The notes under the pieces were generated by a model. That model searched no databases and was not told where the DNA came from. It saw only the letters and a program-made list of their open reading frames with translations. The position numbers were made by a program, and so were the translations under genes. This document shows, in pieces, positions 8,143 through 17,828 of a stretch of 64,000 nt of DNA (the stretch's first letter is position 1; each line of letters starts with the position of its first letter). Source of the stretch: Dehalococcoidia bacterium (lineage in GTDB: Bacteria; Chloroflexota; Dehalococcoidia; Lucifugimonadales; UBA3495); NCBI GenBank assembly GCA_965261355.1, contig CBDHDK010000002.1, positions 130,456 to 194,455 of the forward strand, read 5' to 3'.

Positions 8143-8586
8143 TTGGAAGTAGGAGACACGACGAAAATACTGCTGGCGGCGAAGAAGGCCGCCGGTCTCA
8201 GCTTCGAGGATCTAGGGAAGACGATCGGCAGAGACGAAGTCTGGGTGGCGGCACTGTTATACCGGCAGGCCAGCGCGGACCAGGAAGAGGCGCTGAAGCT
8301 GGCAGAGGCCCTTGGCGTCAGTCCTGTATTGGTTGAAAACCTCACGGAGCCTCCGTCAAAGGGACTGGGGCCAGTGGTGCCGACCGACCCTCTCATCTAC
8401 AGGTTCTACGAGATAATGCAGGTCTACGGGATGCCGCTGAAGGACATCATCCACGAGAAGTTCGGCGACGGCATCATGAGCGCCATCGACTTCACAATGA
8501 ACTTGGACAAGGAGGAAGACCCCGAGCACGGCGACCGGGTGAAGGTGACGATGTCGGGGAAGTTCCTTCCCTACAAGAGATGGTAG
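8143..8586 (+). CDS. cynS: cyanate hydratase (cyanase)
   Basis: 147 aa. The C-terminal half [38 protein letters not shown] is almost colinear with E. coli CynS. TTG start after a G-rich RBS. Confidence 0.9.
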   Translation: MEVGDTTKILLAAKKAAGLSFEDLGKTIGRDEVWVAALLYRQASADQEEALKLAEALGVSPVLVENLTEPPSKGLGPVVPTDPLIYRFYEIMQVYGMPLKDIIHEKFGDGIMSAIDFTMNLDKEEDPEHGDRVKVTMSGKFLPYKRW

Positions 8587-8608
8587 GACACGAGATGGCA
8601 GGCAAGAG

Positions 8609-9757
8609 ATGGCAGCGCTAACCGCGGAGGACCTCCTGAAGCTGGCCACCGACCTGGTCCCTGCGTTGAAGGAGCGGGCGGCTCACACCGAGGAGCTGCG
8701 CCGCGTCCCGGACGAGACGGTCTGCGACGTGCTGGCCACGGGACTGCACCGCATCGGGGCGCCCAGGCGGTTCGGCGGGCTGGACGCGGGCTACGGCTTG
8801 GCGCTGGACGTGGCCGCGGAGCTGGGCCGGGGATGTCCATCGACCTCGTGGTGCTATGGCCTGTGGGCGGCGCATGCCTGGCTGGTGGGCTACTGGCCCA
8901 TGCGGGCGCAGGAGGAGGTGTTCGGAGACGGGGCCGACGCGCTGCTGTCGAGCTCTCTGAACGTGGGAAAGGCCACCTGCGAGCCGGTCGACGGCGGGTA
9001 CCGGCTGTCGGGCAGGTGGGAGTTCTCCAGCGGGTGCGACCACGCGAACTGGGTGATGCTCGGTGCGCCGAACATCGGCGAGCGGAACTGGGTGCTGGTG
9101 CCGCGCAGCGACTTCGAGATAGATGATACGTGGTTCGTGTCAGGGTTGCGGGGCAGCGGCAGCAAGGACATCGTGACGCGCGACGCCTTCATCCCGCATC
9201 ACCGTGTGCTGGACGTCAACAGCGCGGGCAACGGCGACTGGACGGGCTGGGAAATCCACGGACAGGCCCGCTACCGGGTGCCCATCGGGACACTGCTGGG
9301 CTGGGACCTGGTTGCGCCGATGGTCGGCATCGCCCAGGGGATGATTGACGAGTTCACGACGCGGCTCGCCGGGACGTCGGGCCCGGGCAGGACTGCGGAG
9401 TCGCCGGCGGTGCACACGCGTCTGGCGCAGGCTTCGGCGGAGACGGACGCGGCGCGGACGGTGATGCAGGGGGACATCCGCGAGATCCTGCGGAAGGGAA
9501 AGGAGGGTGAGGCCTTCACCCAATTGGAGCGAGCGAGGTTTCGCCGGGACAAGTCGTTCACGGTCCAGCTGTGCCAGCAGGCGGTGAACCGGCTGTTCGA
9601 CATCAGCGGCGGACACGGCATCTTCGAATCGACGCCGCTGCAACGGTTCCATCGGGACGCGCAGGCGGTGGCGCACCGGGACGGACTGATCATGGATATG
9701 GGCGGGCGGGACTACGGTCGGGTGGCGCTGGGGTTGCAGCCGGAGGGGCCGATCTAG
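8609..9757 (+). CDS. acyl-CoA dehydrogenase-fold flavin-dependent monooxygenase (HsaA/C2-type oxygenase component)
   Basis: 382 aa with an ACAD-type N/middle/C layout (GYRLSGRWEFSSG, LQRFHRDAQ). The stop shares the palindrome CTAG (9754-9757) with the convergent MFS gene. Confidence 0.75.
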   Translation: MAALTAEDLLKLATDLVPALKERAAHTEELRRVPDETVCDVLATGLHRIGAPRRFGGLDAGYGLALDVAAELGRGCPSTSWCYGLWAAHAWLVGYWPMRAQEEVFGDGADALLSSSLNVGKATCEPVDGGYRLSGRWEFSSGCDHANWVMLGAPNIGERNWVLVPRSDFEIDDTWFVSGLRGSGSKDIVTRDAFIPHHRVLDVNSAGNGDWTGWEIHGQARYRVPIGTLLGWDLVAPMVGIAQGMIDEFTTRLAGTSGPGRTAESPAVHTRLAQASAETDAARTVMQGDIREILRKGKEGEAFTQLERARFRRDKSFTVQLCQQAVNRLFDISGGHGIFESTPLQRFHRDAQAVAHRDGLIMDMGGRDYGRVALGLQPEGPI

Positions 9758-11232
9758 GGGAGGGTGCGCGGCGGTCGGCCAAACAGCGCCACCACGGCAC
9801 CGACAACGGCAACCCCCGACCCGATCAGGAATACGTCGCGGTAGGCTAGGACAAAGGCCATGCCCTCGGCGCCTGCGGTTCCGGCCAACGTGGCCAAGTG
9901 ATGGTCGCTACGCATGGCAAAGATGCCGCCCACGATTGCCACCGCCGTGACCGACCCCAGCGCCTGGGTGAGGGACAGCATCGCCCCCGCCGTGCTGAAC
10001 CGGGCAGGCTCGACGCTGCGCATAACCAGCGCATAGGCCGCCGCCTGAAAGGTTCCCAGGCCGACGCCCACTATGCAGGCCCTCACCAGCACCTGGGTCA
10101 AGGTAGACTCCTCGTTCAGCAGGGCCATCCACGCTAGCCCCACCGCCATCACCAGCATCCCCGCAACGCCGACGGGCTGGGTCCCGATGCGGTCGGTTAG
10201 CCAGCCTCCCAGCAACGAGAACACCGTTGCCAGCAGGGAAGATGCGGCCAGCAACCCTCCCAGGACCACAGGGCCTCTGCCCAGCGTATCGGCCACATAG
10301 AAGGGAAAGATGAACCAGACCACGAAGGCCCCAAAGAAGGCCAGGTACATGCCGATACTGGAAATCGCAAAGCCGAGATCCCGCAACAAGGTCAAAGGCA
10401 GGACGGGCCACTCGGCCCTCCGCTCGATGCTCCAGAACAGCGCGAACAACGTCGGCGTGAGCGCCAGCATCGTTAGCACAGGCCACGAGACCCAGCCCAG
10501 GTCGCGGCCCAACCGCATTCCAATGATGAGGCAGATCAACCCACCGGCCAACGTGAGCACCCCGGTCAGGTCAAAGGCAGGGCCTTTCGTCCCCTCTGCT
10601 CCGGCGAGGCCGGAGGACAACGGAGGGTCACGGTCCAGGAAAAGCCACGCCAGGATCAAGGCCGCCACCATGAAGGGCACTCTTCCCCAGAATACCCACT
10701 CCCAGTCCTGACCGAACCAGCCGGCCCCCACCAGCAGCCCGGCGCCGATGGTGCCGCCAACCATGCCCAAGGCCAAGCTGCCAGAAGTGAAGCCCATGCT
10801 GAGTCCGCGACGGTGGGGCGGGAACAGGTTGGCGGAGATGGCGGGGGCCACGGCGTACATGCAGGCAGTGCCGACGCCGTGCAGCACGCGGAACCCGACG
10901 ACGGAGGAGAGGTCGGGGGACAGGGCGATGCAGAACATGGAGACCAGGTAGGCCATTCCGCCCCAGAGGTAGACGCGGCGAAGGCCGAAGCGGTCGGCGA
11001 GGCTACCGGCTCCAAGCACCAGGCTGGCGCGGATGCCCATGAACACCACGAGGGCCCACTGCACACTCTGCAAGTCGGCATCGAGGTCGGAGGCTAACTC
11101 GGGCAGGGCAACGTTGACGGAGAAGTCAAGGGAAGCCAGGAACATTGCCAGCCCGGAGGTCGTACCGATGAGGACATTGCGCCAACGGCCACCGCTGGCG
11201 ATCGGGCCGGCGATGGCGTCACCGGCGGCCAA
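9754..11232 (-). CDS. MFS transporter (14-TMS DHA2/EmrB-like)
   Basis: 492 aa and hydrophobic throughout. It carries the MFS motif GSLADRFGLRRVY between TM2 and TM3. TTG start. Confidence 0.85.
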   Translation of the reverse strand: MAAGDAIAGPIASGGRWRNVLIGTTSGLAMFLASLDFSVNVALPELASDLDADLQSVQWALVVFMGIRASLVLGAGSLADRFGLRRVYLWGGMAYLVSMFCIALSPDLSSVVGFRVLHGVGTACMYAVAPAISANLFPPHRRGLSMGFTSGSLALGMVGGTIGAGLLVGAGWFGQDWEWVFWGRVPFMVAALILAWLFLDRDPPLSSGLAGAEGTKGPAFDLTGVLTLAGGLICLIIGMRLGRDLGWVSWPVLTMLALTPTLFALFWSIERRAEWPVLPLTLLRDLGFAISSIGMYLAFFGAFVVWFIFPFYVADTLGRGPVVLGGLLAASSLLATVFSLLGGWLTDRIGTQPVGVAGMLVMAVGLAWMALLNEESTLTQVLVRACIVGVGLGTFQAAAYALVMRSVEPARFSTAGAMLSLTQALGSVTAVAIVGGIFAMRSDHHLATLAGTAGAEGMAFVLAYRDVFLIGSGVAVVGAVVALFGRPPRTLP

Positions 11233-11317
11233 GGGCGCTGCTCGCGGTGCGGGTGCAGGTTGGGCGGTTGGCGGCGTGGATGCTGCGGGAATCCATCATT
11301 GGGGGATTCTACGCTAT

Positions 11318-11357
11318 GGGGCAAGGGGAGCAGGGGCAGAGGGGGAACGGGGCAGGG
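11318..11357 (+). other. G-quadruplex-forming tract (six G3-5 runs)
   Basis: GGGGcaaGGGGagcaGGGGcagaGGGGGaacGGGGcaGGG with loops of 2-4 nt, about 90 nt upstream of the MFS start and on the strand opposite to that gene. Confidence 0.6.
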
Positions 11358-11694
11358 CAGGAGGCGTTGGATGATAATATGCGTTGGGGCCACGCATTCC
11401 CGTGTGGATGGTTCAAGAAAAGCCAATGCCCCGGAGTCATCACCAATCTCCTGCAGAAGACGGGGAGGGGAACATCCGGGGCCCACGCCTATATCATAGC
11501 AAGGCGACGGTCAGAGGGGAAATCTCGGCAGCTAGACTTGGGAAAAACTTTGCCCCGGACCCTTCACTGGCTCGAAACCAGGAGAGGAGCACCCGGGGCT
11601 TACTGCCACTACAGCATCATAGGTTTTGAGAGATCGGCAAATGAAGTCCCGGGGCGAAACAGGCGTAAAATTCCGCGGCTGCGGATTCCATAGT

Positions 11695-12120
11695 CTACTG
11701 AGTTAACCCTGTTCCGTCTCTCCCCTGCCGATGTTCAGAGCCAAACAGTATGAATCGCTCGCTGACTGCTTCTCCTAGATAGACTTCTCTCCTAATCGCA
11801 GTCGAAAGGGGGCCTGTGAAGTCTACTCGCAAAAGACGGCGACATTCCTTCTTGCATTGCTGACAGAAATCATCAACGTGATCCAAGTCGAGAATCTTGA
11901 CAATCGGGTCCAAGTCGAACAGTTGCCCCACGATTTCATAACGTGTGATTTGGTTACTGCTGCCCTTTGAGCAGACTGGCTTGATCGGATTTCCAGATTC
12001 GAGGGGAATCACTCTAGAAAAATGCTGCATCCTGTTCTTCGAGTTTCGGATGATTCCTAACTGCGTCAAATTACTTGGGGCTACCCTGAACCCGTTGATT
12101 GTCAAGCCGGCTTTCAGCAA
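11695..12120 (-). CDS. hypothetical protein (orphan, low-GC)
   Basis: 141-aa ORF in a clearly AT-richer patch. No family recognised. Confidence 0.3.
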   Translation of the reverse strand: MLKAGLTINGFRVAPSNLTQLGIIRNSKNRMQHFSRVIPLESGNPIKPVCSKGSSNQITRYEIVGQLFDLDPIVKILDLDHVDDFCQQCKKECRRLLRVDFTGPLSTAIRREVYLGEAVSERFILFGSEHRQGRDGTGLTQ

Positions 12121-12334
12121 TCTAGCTCACCCCCCCACCAATTGGGCATAAAGAGCCGCGGCAGTCTCACAAAATGAAACCCATCAATTACTTTTGTTCA
12201 TTGACAAGACCTATAGCTAGACTGCTAGAAGAGTTCTCCAGCGTTTATACTAGGCCCCACAATTCAATGATACGGAAATAGGCTAAATAGCGCAAAAATA
12301 GGGTGTTTCAACGAGCGAGGCCAGGAGGGTAGCA

Positions 12335-14308
12335 ATGGTTGAGAGCACGGGTGGGATTGATGCATTGCTTCAGGAGGAGCGGATCTTTCCGCCGCCTGCG
12401 GATTTCGTGGCCAATGCCAACATGTCGGACCCGGACATCTACGCGCGGGCGGCCGCAGACCCGGAGGCGTTCTGGGCCGGGCTGGCCGAGGGGCTGGACT
12501 GGGACAAGAAGTGGGACACGGTACTGGACTGGAGCGACGCCCCATTCGCCAAGTGGTTCATCGGCGGCAAGCTGAACGTGTCGTACAACTGCATCGACCG
12601 GCACGTGAAGAACGGGCGGCGGAACAAGGCCGCCATCGTCTGGGAGGGCGAGCCGGGCGACTGGAAGGTGTATACGTACGGGGACCTGCTCCGCGAGGTG
12701 TGCCAGTTCGCCAACGGGCTGAAGAGCCTGGGCATCAAGAAGGGCGACCGGGTGACCATCTACCTGCCAATGACCCCGGAGCTTCCCATAGCGATGCTGG
12801 CATGCGCCCGCATCGGGGCGCCCCACAGCGTGGTCTTCGGTGGGTTCAGCGCGGAGTCGCTGCGCGACCGCATCAACGACTCGGAGTCGAAGCTGCTCAT
12901 AACCGCCGACGGCGGGTACCGTCGCGGCGGCATCGTGCCCCTGAAGCAGAACGCCGACGGCTCGCTGGACGGCGCGCCAACCGTGGAGAATGTGGTGGTG
13001 CTGCGCCGCACCGGCAGCGCCGACGACAAGATGGTCGACGGGCGGGACATCTGGTGGCACGACCTGATGGAAGGCCAGCCGATGACCTGCGAGCCGGAAC
13101 CGATGGACAGCGAGGACATGCTGTTCCTGCTCTATACCAGCGGCACTACGGGAAAGCCCAAGGGCATCGTCCACACTTCGGGCGGCTACCTGCTGGGAAC
13201 GATGGCGACGACGAAGTGGGTCTTCGACATCAAGGAAGACGACATCTACTGGTGCACCGCCGACATCGGCTGGGTGACTGGGCACAGCTACATCGTGTAC
13301 GGGCCGCTGGCCAACGGCGCAACCACCGTGATGTACGAAGGCTCGCCGGACTATCCGGACCGGGACCGGTTCTGGGCAATCGTCGCCAAGTACGCGGTGA
13401 CCATCCTTTACACCGCGCCCACGGCCATCCGCACCTTCATGCGCTGGGGCGAGAGCTACCCTGACAAGCACGACATGTCGTCGCTGCGGCTGATGGGCAC
13501 AGTGGGCGAGCCGATCAACCCGGAGGCGTGGGTGTGGTACTGGCAGCACATCGGCGGTGGCCGCTGTCCGGTGGTGGACACGTGGTGGCAGACTGAGACG
13601 GGGGCAATGATGATTGCTCCCCTCCCCGGCCTGACCACGCTGAAGCCGGGCTCCGCCACCAAGCCCTTCCCGGGCATCGAGGCGGAGATACTGGACGGCG
13701 AAGGCAACCCGGTCGGCCCGGGCGGCGGTGGATACCTGGTCGTGAAGCGGCCGTGGCCATCGATGCTGCGCGGGGTCTACGGCGATCCGGAGCGGTTCAT
13801 CGACACCTACTGGTCTCGCTATGACGCTGATTTCCAGGGCGGCGGCATCTATTTCACCGCCGACGGAGCGCGGCTGGACGAGGACGGCTACTTCTGGCTG
13901 CTGGGCCGGGTGGACGACGTCATCAACGTATCGGGGCACCGCATCGGGACGATGGAGGTGGAGAGCGCGCTGGTGGACAACCAGAAGGTGGCCGAGGCCG
14001 CCTGCATCGGCAAGGACCACGAGGTCAAGGGCCAAGCCGTAGTCGCCTTCGTGACGCTGAAGGACGGGGTGGACGTTTCGGACGACGTGATAACCGAGCT
14101 GAAGGCCCACGTGGCAGGCAAAATCGGCGCCATGGCCCGGCCCGACGACATCCACTTCGCGGCCGAGCTGCCCAAGACCCGCAGCGGCAAGATCATGCGG
14201 CGCCTGCTGCGCGACGTGGCCGAGGGCCGCGCGCTGGGCGACACGACGACGCTGGCGGACCCGGCGGTGGTGGACTCGCTGAAGGCGCAGTACGGCGACG
14301 AGGAGTAG
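12335..14308 (+). CDS. acs: acetyl-CoA synthetase
   Basis: 657 aa with the AMP-binding signature [13 protein letters not shown], the WWQTETG motif and the C-terminal [11 protein letters not shown]. Strong RBS AGGAGGG. Confidence 0.95.
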   Translation: MVESTGGIDALLQEERIFPPPADFVANANMSDPDIYARAAADPEAFWAGLAEGLDWDKKWDTVLDWSDAPFAKWFIGGKLNVSYNCIDRHVKNGRRNKAAIVWEGEPGDWKVYTYGDLLREVCQFANGLKSLGIKKGDRVTIYLPMTPELPIAMLACARIGAPHSVVFGGFSAESLRDRINDSESKLLITADGGYRRGGIVPLKQNADGSLDGAPTVENVVVLRRTGSADDKMVDGRDIWWHDLMEGQPMTCEPEPMDSEDMLFLLYTSGTTGKPKGIVHTSGGYLLGTMATTKWVFDIKEDDIYWCTADIGWVTGHSYIVYGPLANGATTVMYEGSPDYPDRDRFWAIVAKYAVTILYTAPTAIRTFMRWGESYPDKHDMSSLRLMGTVGEPINPEAWVWYWQHIGGGRCPVVDTWWQTETGAMMIAPLPGLTTLKPGSATKPFPGIEAEILDGEGNPVGPGGGGYLVVKRPWPSMLRGVYGDPERFIDTYWSRYDADFQGGGIYFTADGARLDEDGYFWLLGRVDDVINVSGHRIGTMEVESALVDNQKVAEAACIGKDHEVKGQAVVAFVTLKDGVDVSDDVITELKAHVAGKIGAMARPDDIHFAAELPKTRSGKIMRRLLRDVAEGRALGDTTTLADPAVVDSLKAQYGDEE

Positions 14309-14332
14309 GAGTCGTGCAAGGCGTTCGATGTG

Positions 14333-14354
14333 GGGGCGCACGGCCGTACGCCCC
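14333..14354. repeat. GC-rich hairpin/REP-like element after acs (GGGGCGCACGGCCGTACGCCCC)
   Basis: GGGGCG/CGCCCC stem enclosing the palindrome ACGGCCGT, 25 nt after the acs stop. There is no T-run, so it is not a classical intrinsic terminator. Confidence 0.4.
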
Positions 14355-14406
14355 TCGCCCCTACCACAAAGGAAATTAACCCTCAATACTTGTCGGAGTA
14401 CCCACG

Positions 14407-14814
14407 ATGACGACCCCGACCCAAGACATAGGAGCCACCAGTAACCACCTTTTCCATTGCCGCCAGTACATGGATAATGCGCTGGAAGCACTGAACAACA
14501 ATGAGCCGGGAAAGGCTGGGGAACTGATATGGGGAAGCGTTGCACAAGCGGTTCATGCGGTGGATGCTTGGCGCGGGCCTGTAATCGACTCTCACCGAGA
14601 CTTGATAAACTTCGCTTACTCCCTTGAGCGAGAGATAGGTGATTCCTCTTTTCGCTTTGTGTTGCGGTCAGCCAGGAGCCTGCACCATAACTTTTACATC
14701 CCGGTTGATACTATTGAGGAAATTGAACGTTTGTTGCCGGGCATACGGAGGACCATCACCAGTATTCTGTCCCTGCTTCCTGAGGAAGTCCGCGACGAAA
14801 CGCCTGCGGAATAG
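14407..14814 (+). CDS. HEPN-superfamily (PaREP1-like) protein, orphan
   Basis: 135 aa and predicted all-helical. It has an Rx4-6H-type motif RSARSLHHNFY near the C-terminal third and a PaREP1-like layout (N-terminal GKAGELIWGSVAQAVHAV helix). Lower GC than its flanks. Confidence 0.45.
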   Translation: MTTPTQDIGATSNHLFHCRQYMDNALEALNNNEPGKAGELIWGSVAQAVHAVDAWRGPVIDSHRDLINFAYSLEREIGDSSFRFVLRSARSLHHNFYIPVDTIEEIERLLPGIRRTITSILSLLPEEVRDETPAE

Positions 14815-15119
14815 TCTATTATGAGAAAAGCAAGCCAGCGGCGAGAGACGAAGTGTGCCCTTGCAGCGGATGGTAGAGATTGCAACTGCCAAGAATGTTG
14901 CGAAGGCTGTCTAGTCAACGCCGTGTATTTGTGTGGCGAATGTTGAGGCCGTGACTACTGCGACCATAGCGTTAGAGACATGGTGGATTTGTTAGCAAGC
15001 TTTGAGTGCACGGGGCGACCGCTGGATTGATTGGATCCGAATACCAAGTTCATTATTAACTGGCCCAGAAGAACGGACAGAACCAGGAGAAAATCGCTTC
15101 TTGATGGAGGAGCTGCGCG

Positions 15120-17219
15120 ATGGCTACTTACCGCAAGCATGAGGCCCAGGAGTGGGCATGGGAGACGCTGAAGGGGCAGTGGACGACGCTGATCACGCCC
15201 TTTACGCCGGACAATCGCTTCGACCGGGAGGGGATGAAGCGGAACATCCGCCACATCCGCAGCCTGGGCACGGTCGGGGCCGGCTGCGCGTGGGGCATGG
15301 GCGAGTTCTGGAGCCTGACCCACGAGGAGCGGCTGGATGTGATGGACGCGGTGGCCGAGGAAGCCCAATCCTCGCCTGGCAAGGGGAGCTGGCCCATCGG
15401 GGCGCACGTGACGCACACGTCGGCTCCGGAGATGCTGTCGCTGGCGGCCCACGCAGAGGGCAGGGGATACGACCTGCTGATCGTCGCGCCGCCGTACATG
15501 GTGACCAAGACCGAGGAGCAGGTGGTGGAGTACGTGCGGCTCCTGGCCGAGCACACCAACCTGGCCATCATGTTCTACAACTCGCCGCAGTTCGGCATCA
15601 CCATGAGCGTCAACGGGCTCGCCCGCCTGTGCAGCCTGCCCAACGTGGTGGGCGTGAAGGAAGCCAGCTTCAACCAGCAGCTATCCATCGAGGCGCACCT
15701 GACGCTGGGGCAGGAGTCCATCATCAGCACGCCGGACGAGTGGATCTACTTCAAGGGACAGGAGCTGGGCATCAACCAGCAGGTTATGTTCGCCAACACC
15801 TCGGACTGGAGGTTCGATGTCCCGGGCGCCAACAACTACGTGCGCTGGATCGACCGGGCGTGCCAGGAAGACCTGGACGAGACCTTCTACGACAATCACC
15901 TGCGCCGCCTGAACGAGCTTTCGGACGCCTGGTGGACGCGGACGGTGGACAAGTACAACGGCGCGCTGCCGGTATCGCTGGTGAAGCACTGGGGCGAGCT
16001 GATGAACATGGCAGCGGGCAAGCCGCGCCTGCCGCTGCTGGACCTCACTCCCAGCGAGAAGATGCAACTTCGCGAGGAGCTGGAGCCGCTCAAGCCGCGG
16101 GTTACAGAAGCGCGCCCACCCGAGGTCATCTCGGAGCGCATTGAGTCAAGGCCGAAGTACACCCCCCGACCGGTGTACTCCAGGCCGTCGGACCCTCAGT
16201 CGAGAACGGCGTGGCTCACGGGCAACGACAACTTCGCTGCAGGAATGCTGCTGATGGTCAGCGTCCAGAACGTCGATGAGGCGCTGGAGGCCGAGCAGGG
16301 CGGAGCCGACGTGGTGGACGTGAAGAACCTGCAGGAAGCGATGGTGGGCTCGGGCCACCCGTCGACGGTGCGGCAGGTGCGGGGCATCATCCCGGTGGAG
16401 AAGCACGTCAGCGTGACGCTGGGCGTGGTGCCCAACCAAGCGGGCACGGTGGCGATGGCGGTGTACGCGGCCGCTATGATGGACGCGACGTCGGTGAAGG
16501 TGGGGTTCCGCGTAGCCGACTACGACACGGCGGCGGAGGTGCTGCAGGAGTCGCGGCGTGCGCTGGACGGGTTCAACACGAAGCTGGTCGGATCGCTGTT
16601 CGCCGACAACGAGCTGTACGAGGGCGGGCTGGACCCGCACCTGATGGTGCAACTGGCCAAGGACGGCGATTGCGACGGATTCCTGATCGACACGCTGACC
16701 AAGGACGGGCGCAATCTGTTCGACTTCATGCCCGAGCCGGTGCTGCGCCAGATAATTCTGGAGGGCAAGCAACTGGGGATGAGCACGGCGCTGTCGGGAC
16801 ACCTGAAGATCAGCGACCTGGACGAGCTGTCGCGCATCAACCCGGACATCGTGGGCGTTCGCGGCGCGGTCTGCTCGTCGGGCGACCGGGGCCGGGCCGT
16901 GGCGTGGGAGGCGGTTGCCGAGTTCAAGCGGCAGCTGGATCTGCGCAAGACGGGGGAGATTGCCGTTCACAGCGAGCCGGCGCCGGTAACTTCCGCGAAC
17001 GGCTGGGTGGTCATCGACGGACGGGGCAAGAGCTGCGCCGGGGTGATCGCCGCCCTCACGAGGCAGATGGAGCAGGACAAGGAGTCCTTCGTGGAGGCGA
17101 TCCTGGCCGACGCGCTGAACATCTACGACGTCACGCTCTGGGCTGAGCAGGCCGGTCACCGGCTGCTGACGCAGCGCAAGGACCCGGACGGGGCGGTGCG
17201 GGTGCTGATACAGCCGTAA
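15120..17219 (+). CDS. three-domain fusion protein: DapA/DHDPS-family aldolase + MfnB-like (4-HFC-P synthase fold) + TusA-like domain
   Basis: Uninterrupted 699-aa ORF. Residues 1-330 are DHDPS-like with VVGVKEAS. Residues 376-608 carry GADVVDVKN, KVG, IDTLTKDGRNLFD, ALSGH and DIVGVRGAVCSSGDR, as in MfnB. Residues 628-699 are TusA-like (GRGKSCAGV). RBS GGAGGAG lies 7 nt upstream. Confidence 0.8.
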   Translation: MATYRKHEAQEWAWETLKGQWTTLITPFTPDNRFDREGMKRNIRHIRSLGTVGAGCAWGMGEFWSLTHEERLDVMDAVAEEAQSSPGKGSWPIGAHVTHTSAPEMLSLAAHAEGRGYDLLIVAPPYMVTKTEEQVVEYVRLLAEHTNLAIMFYNSPQFGITMSVNGLARLCSLPNVVGVKEASFNQQLSIEAHLTLGQESIISTPDEWIYFKGQELGINQQVMFANTSDWRFDVPGANNYVRWIDRACQEDLDETFYDNHLRRLNELSDAWWTRTVDKYNGALPVSLVKHWGELMNMAAGKPRLPLLDLTPSEKMQLREELEPLKPRVTEARPPEVISERIESRPKYTPRPVYSRPSDPQSRTAWLTGNDNFAAGMLLMVSVQNVDEALEAEQGGADVVDVKNLQEAMVGSGHPSTVRQVRGIIPVEKHVSVTLGVVPNQAGTVAMAVYAAAMMDATSVKVGFRVADYDTAAEVLQESRRALDGFNTKLVGSLFADNELYEGGLDPHLMVQLAKDGDCDGFLIDTLTKDGRNLFDFMPEPVLRQIILEGKQLGMSTALSGHLKISDLDELSRINPDIVGVRGAVCSSGDRGRAVAWEAVAEFKRQLDLRKTGEIAVHSEPAPVTSANGWVVIDGRGKSCAGVIAALTRQMEQDKESFVEAILADALNIYDVTLWAEQAGHRLLTQRKDPDGAVRVLIQP

Positions 17220-17286
17220 ACGACGTAAAGGCGTCTGCGCTACTCGACCAAGAGGCGCGTCGGAGCGCTGTAAACAGTTTGAACGG

Positions 17287-17329
17287 GGCTGCCGGGGCGT
17301 AAACAGCCGTTCCGGCAGCCATTCTTTTG
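17287..17329 (+). terminator. intrinsic terminator after the fusion gene
   Basis: 9-bp stem GGCTGCCGG/CCGGCAGCC followed by ATTCTTTTGT. Confidence 0.55.
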
Positions 17330-17450
17330 TATAGTAAACATAATATCCCTTGATTAAGCTCCTGCTCCAATATAGAATTGAACACCGTCGCGCAATACGA
17401 TTCTGCCAAGGAGCGACGCCAATTTATGACCAGAAGGGAGGGCCTGTGGA

Positions 17451-17816
17451 TTGACGGTTCTAGGTTGTCACGTTTTACTCGAACTGAGGGACTGTAACCC
17501 CACTCTGCTCAACGACCTCAATTACATACGTCAGGCGATGCTGACGGCCGCGCATGACGTTGGCGCCACAGTCGTCGGAGAGTCCTTTCACCGCTTCAGC
17601 CCCCAAGGCGTCACAGGCATACTGGCCATTGCGGAGTCTCACATCTCCATACATACGTGGCCGGAATATTCGTATGCTGCGGCAGACATCTTTTCCTGCG
17701 GCTCTTCATTCCTGCCGAGAGAAGCGGCCCAACGGCTGGCAGCGCAGTTGGAATCGCGCGATGCGGAAATCAAGGAGATTGAGCGGGGCCTGATAGTTCA
17801 GCCGGTTAGCGGCTGA
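17451..17816 (+). CDS. speH: S-adenosylmethionine decarboxylase proenzyme (class 1B)
   Basis: 121 aa with G.H...EL..C and the self-processing site AESHISIHTWPE. TTG start 9 nt after AGGGAGG. Confidence 0.9.
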   Translation: MTVLGCHVLLELRDCNPTLLNDLNYIRQAMLTAAHDVGATVVGESFHRFSPQGVTGILAIAESHISIHTWPEYSYAAADIFSCGSSFLPREAAQRLAAQLESRDAEIKEIERGLIVQPVSG

Positions 17817-17828
17817 GTCCCCCGACGC

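Noticed and set aside
9754-9757. Shared palindromic CTAG providing the stop codons of two convergent genes
   Set aside because: It is real in the sequence, but a 4-nt convergent overlap at CTAG is a trivial consequence of TAG stops on both strands.
11380-11690. Structured ncRNA suggested by recurring CCGGGG/CCCCGG blocks
   Set aside because: There is no match to the conserved cores I can recall for RNase P, tmRNA, SRP or 6S RNAs. I could not derive a consistent secondary structure by eye.
12308-14545. 745-aa minus-strand ORF
   Set aside because: It is antisense to acetyl-CoA synthetase, which has unambiguous signatures. The ORF is Arg/His/Pro-rich with no family features.
16146-17159. 337-aa minus-strand ORF, with similar ones at 15152-16144 and 423-1529
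   Set aside because: These are shadow or off-frame ORFs over strongly supported genes, with biased Arg/Pro/Gly composition.
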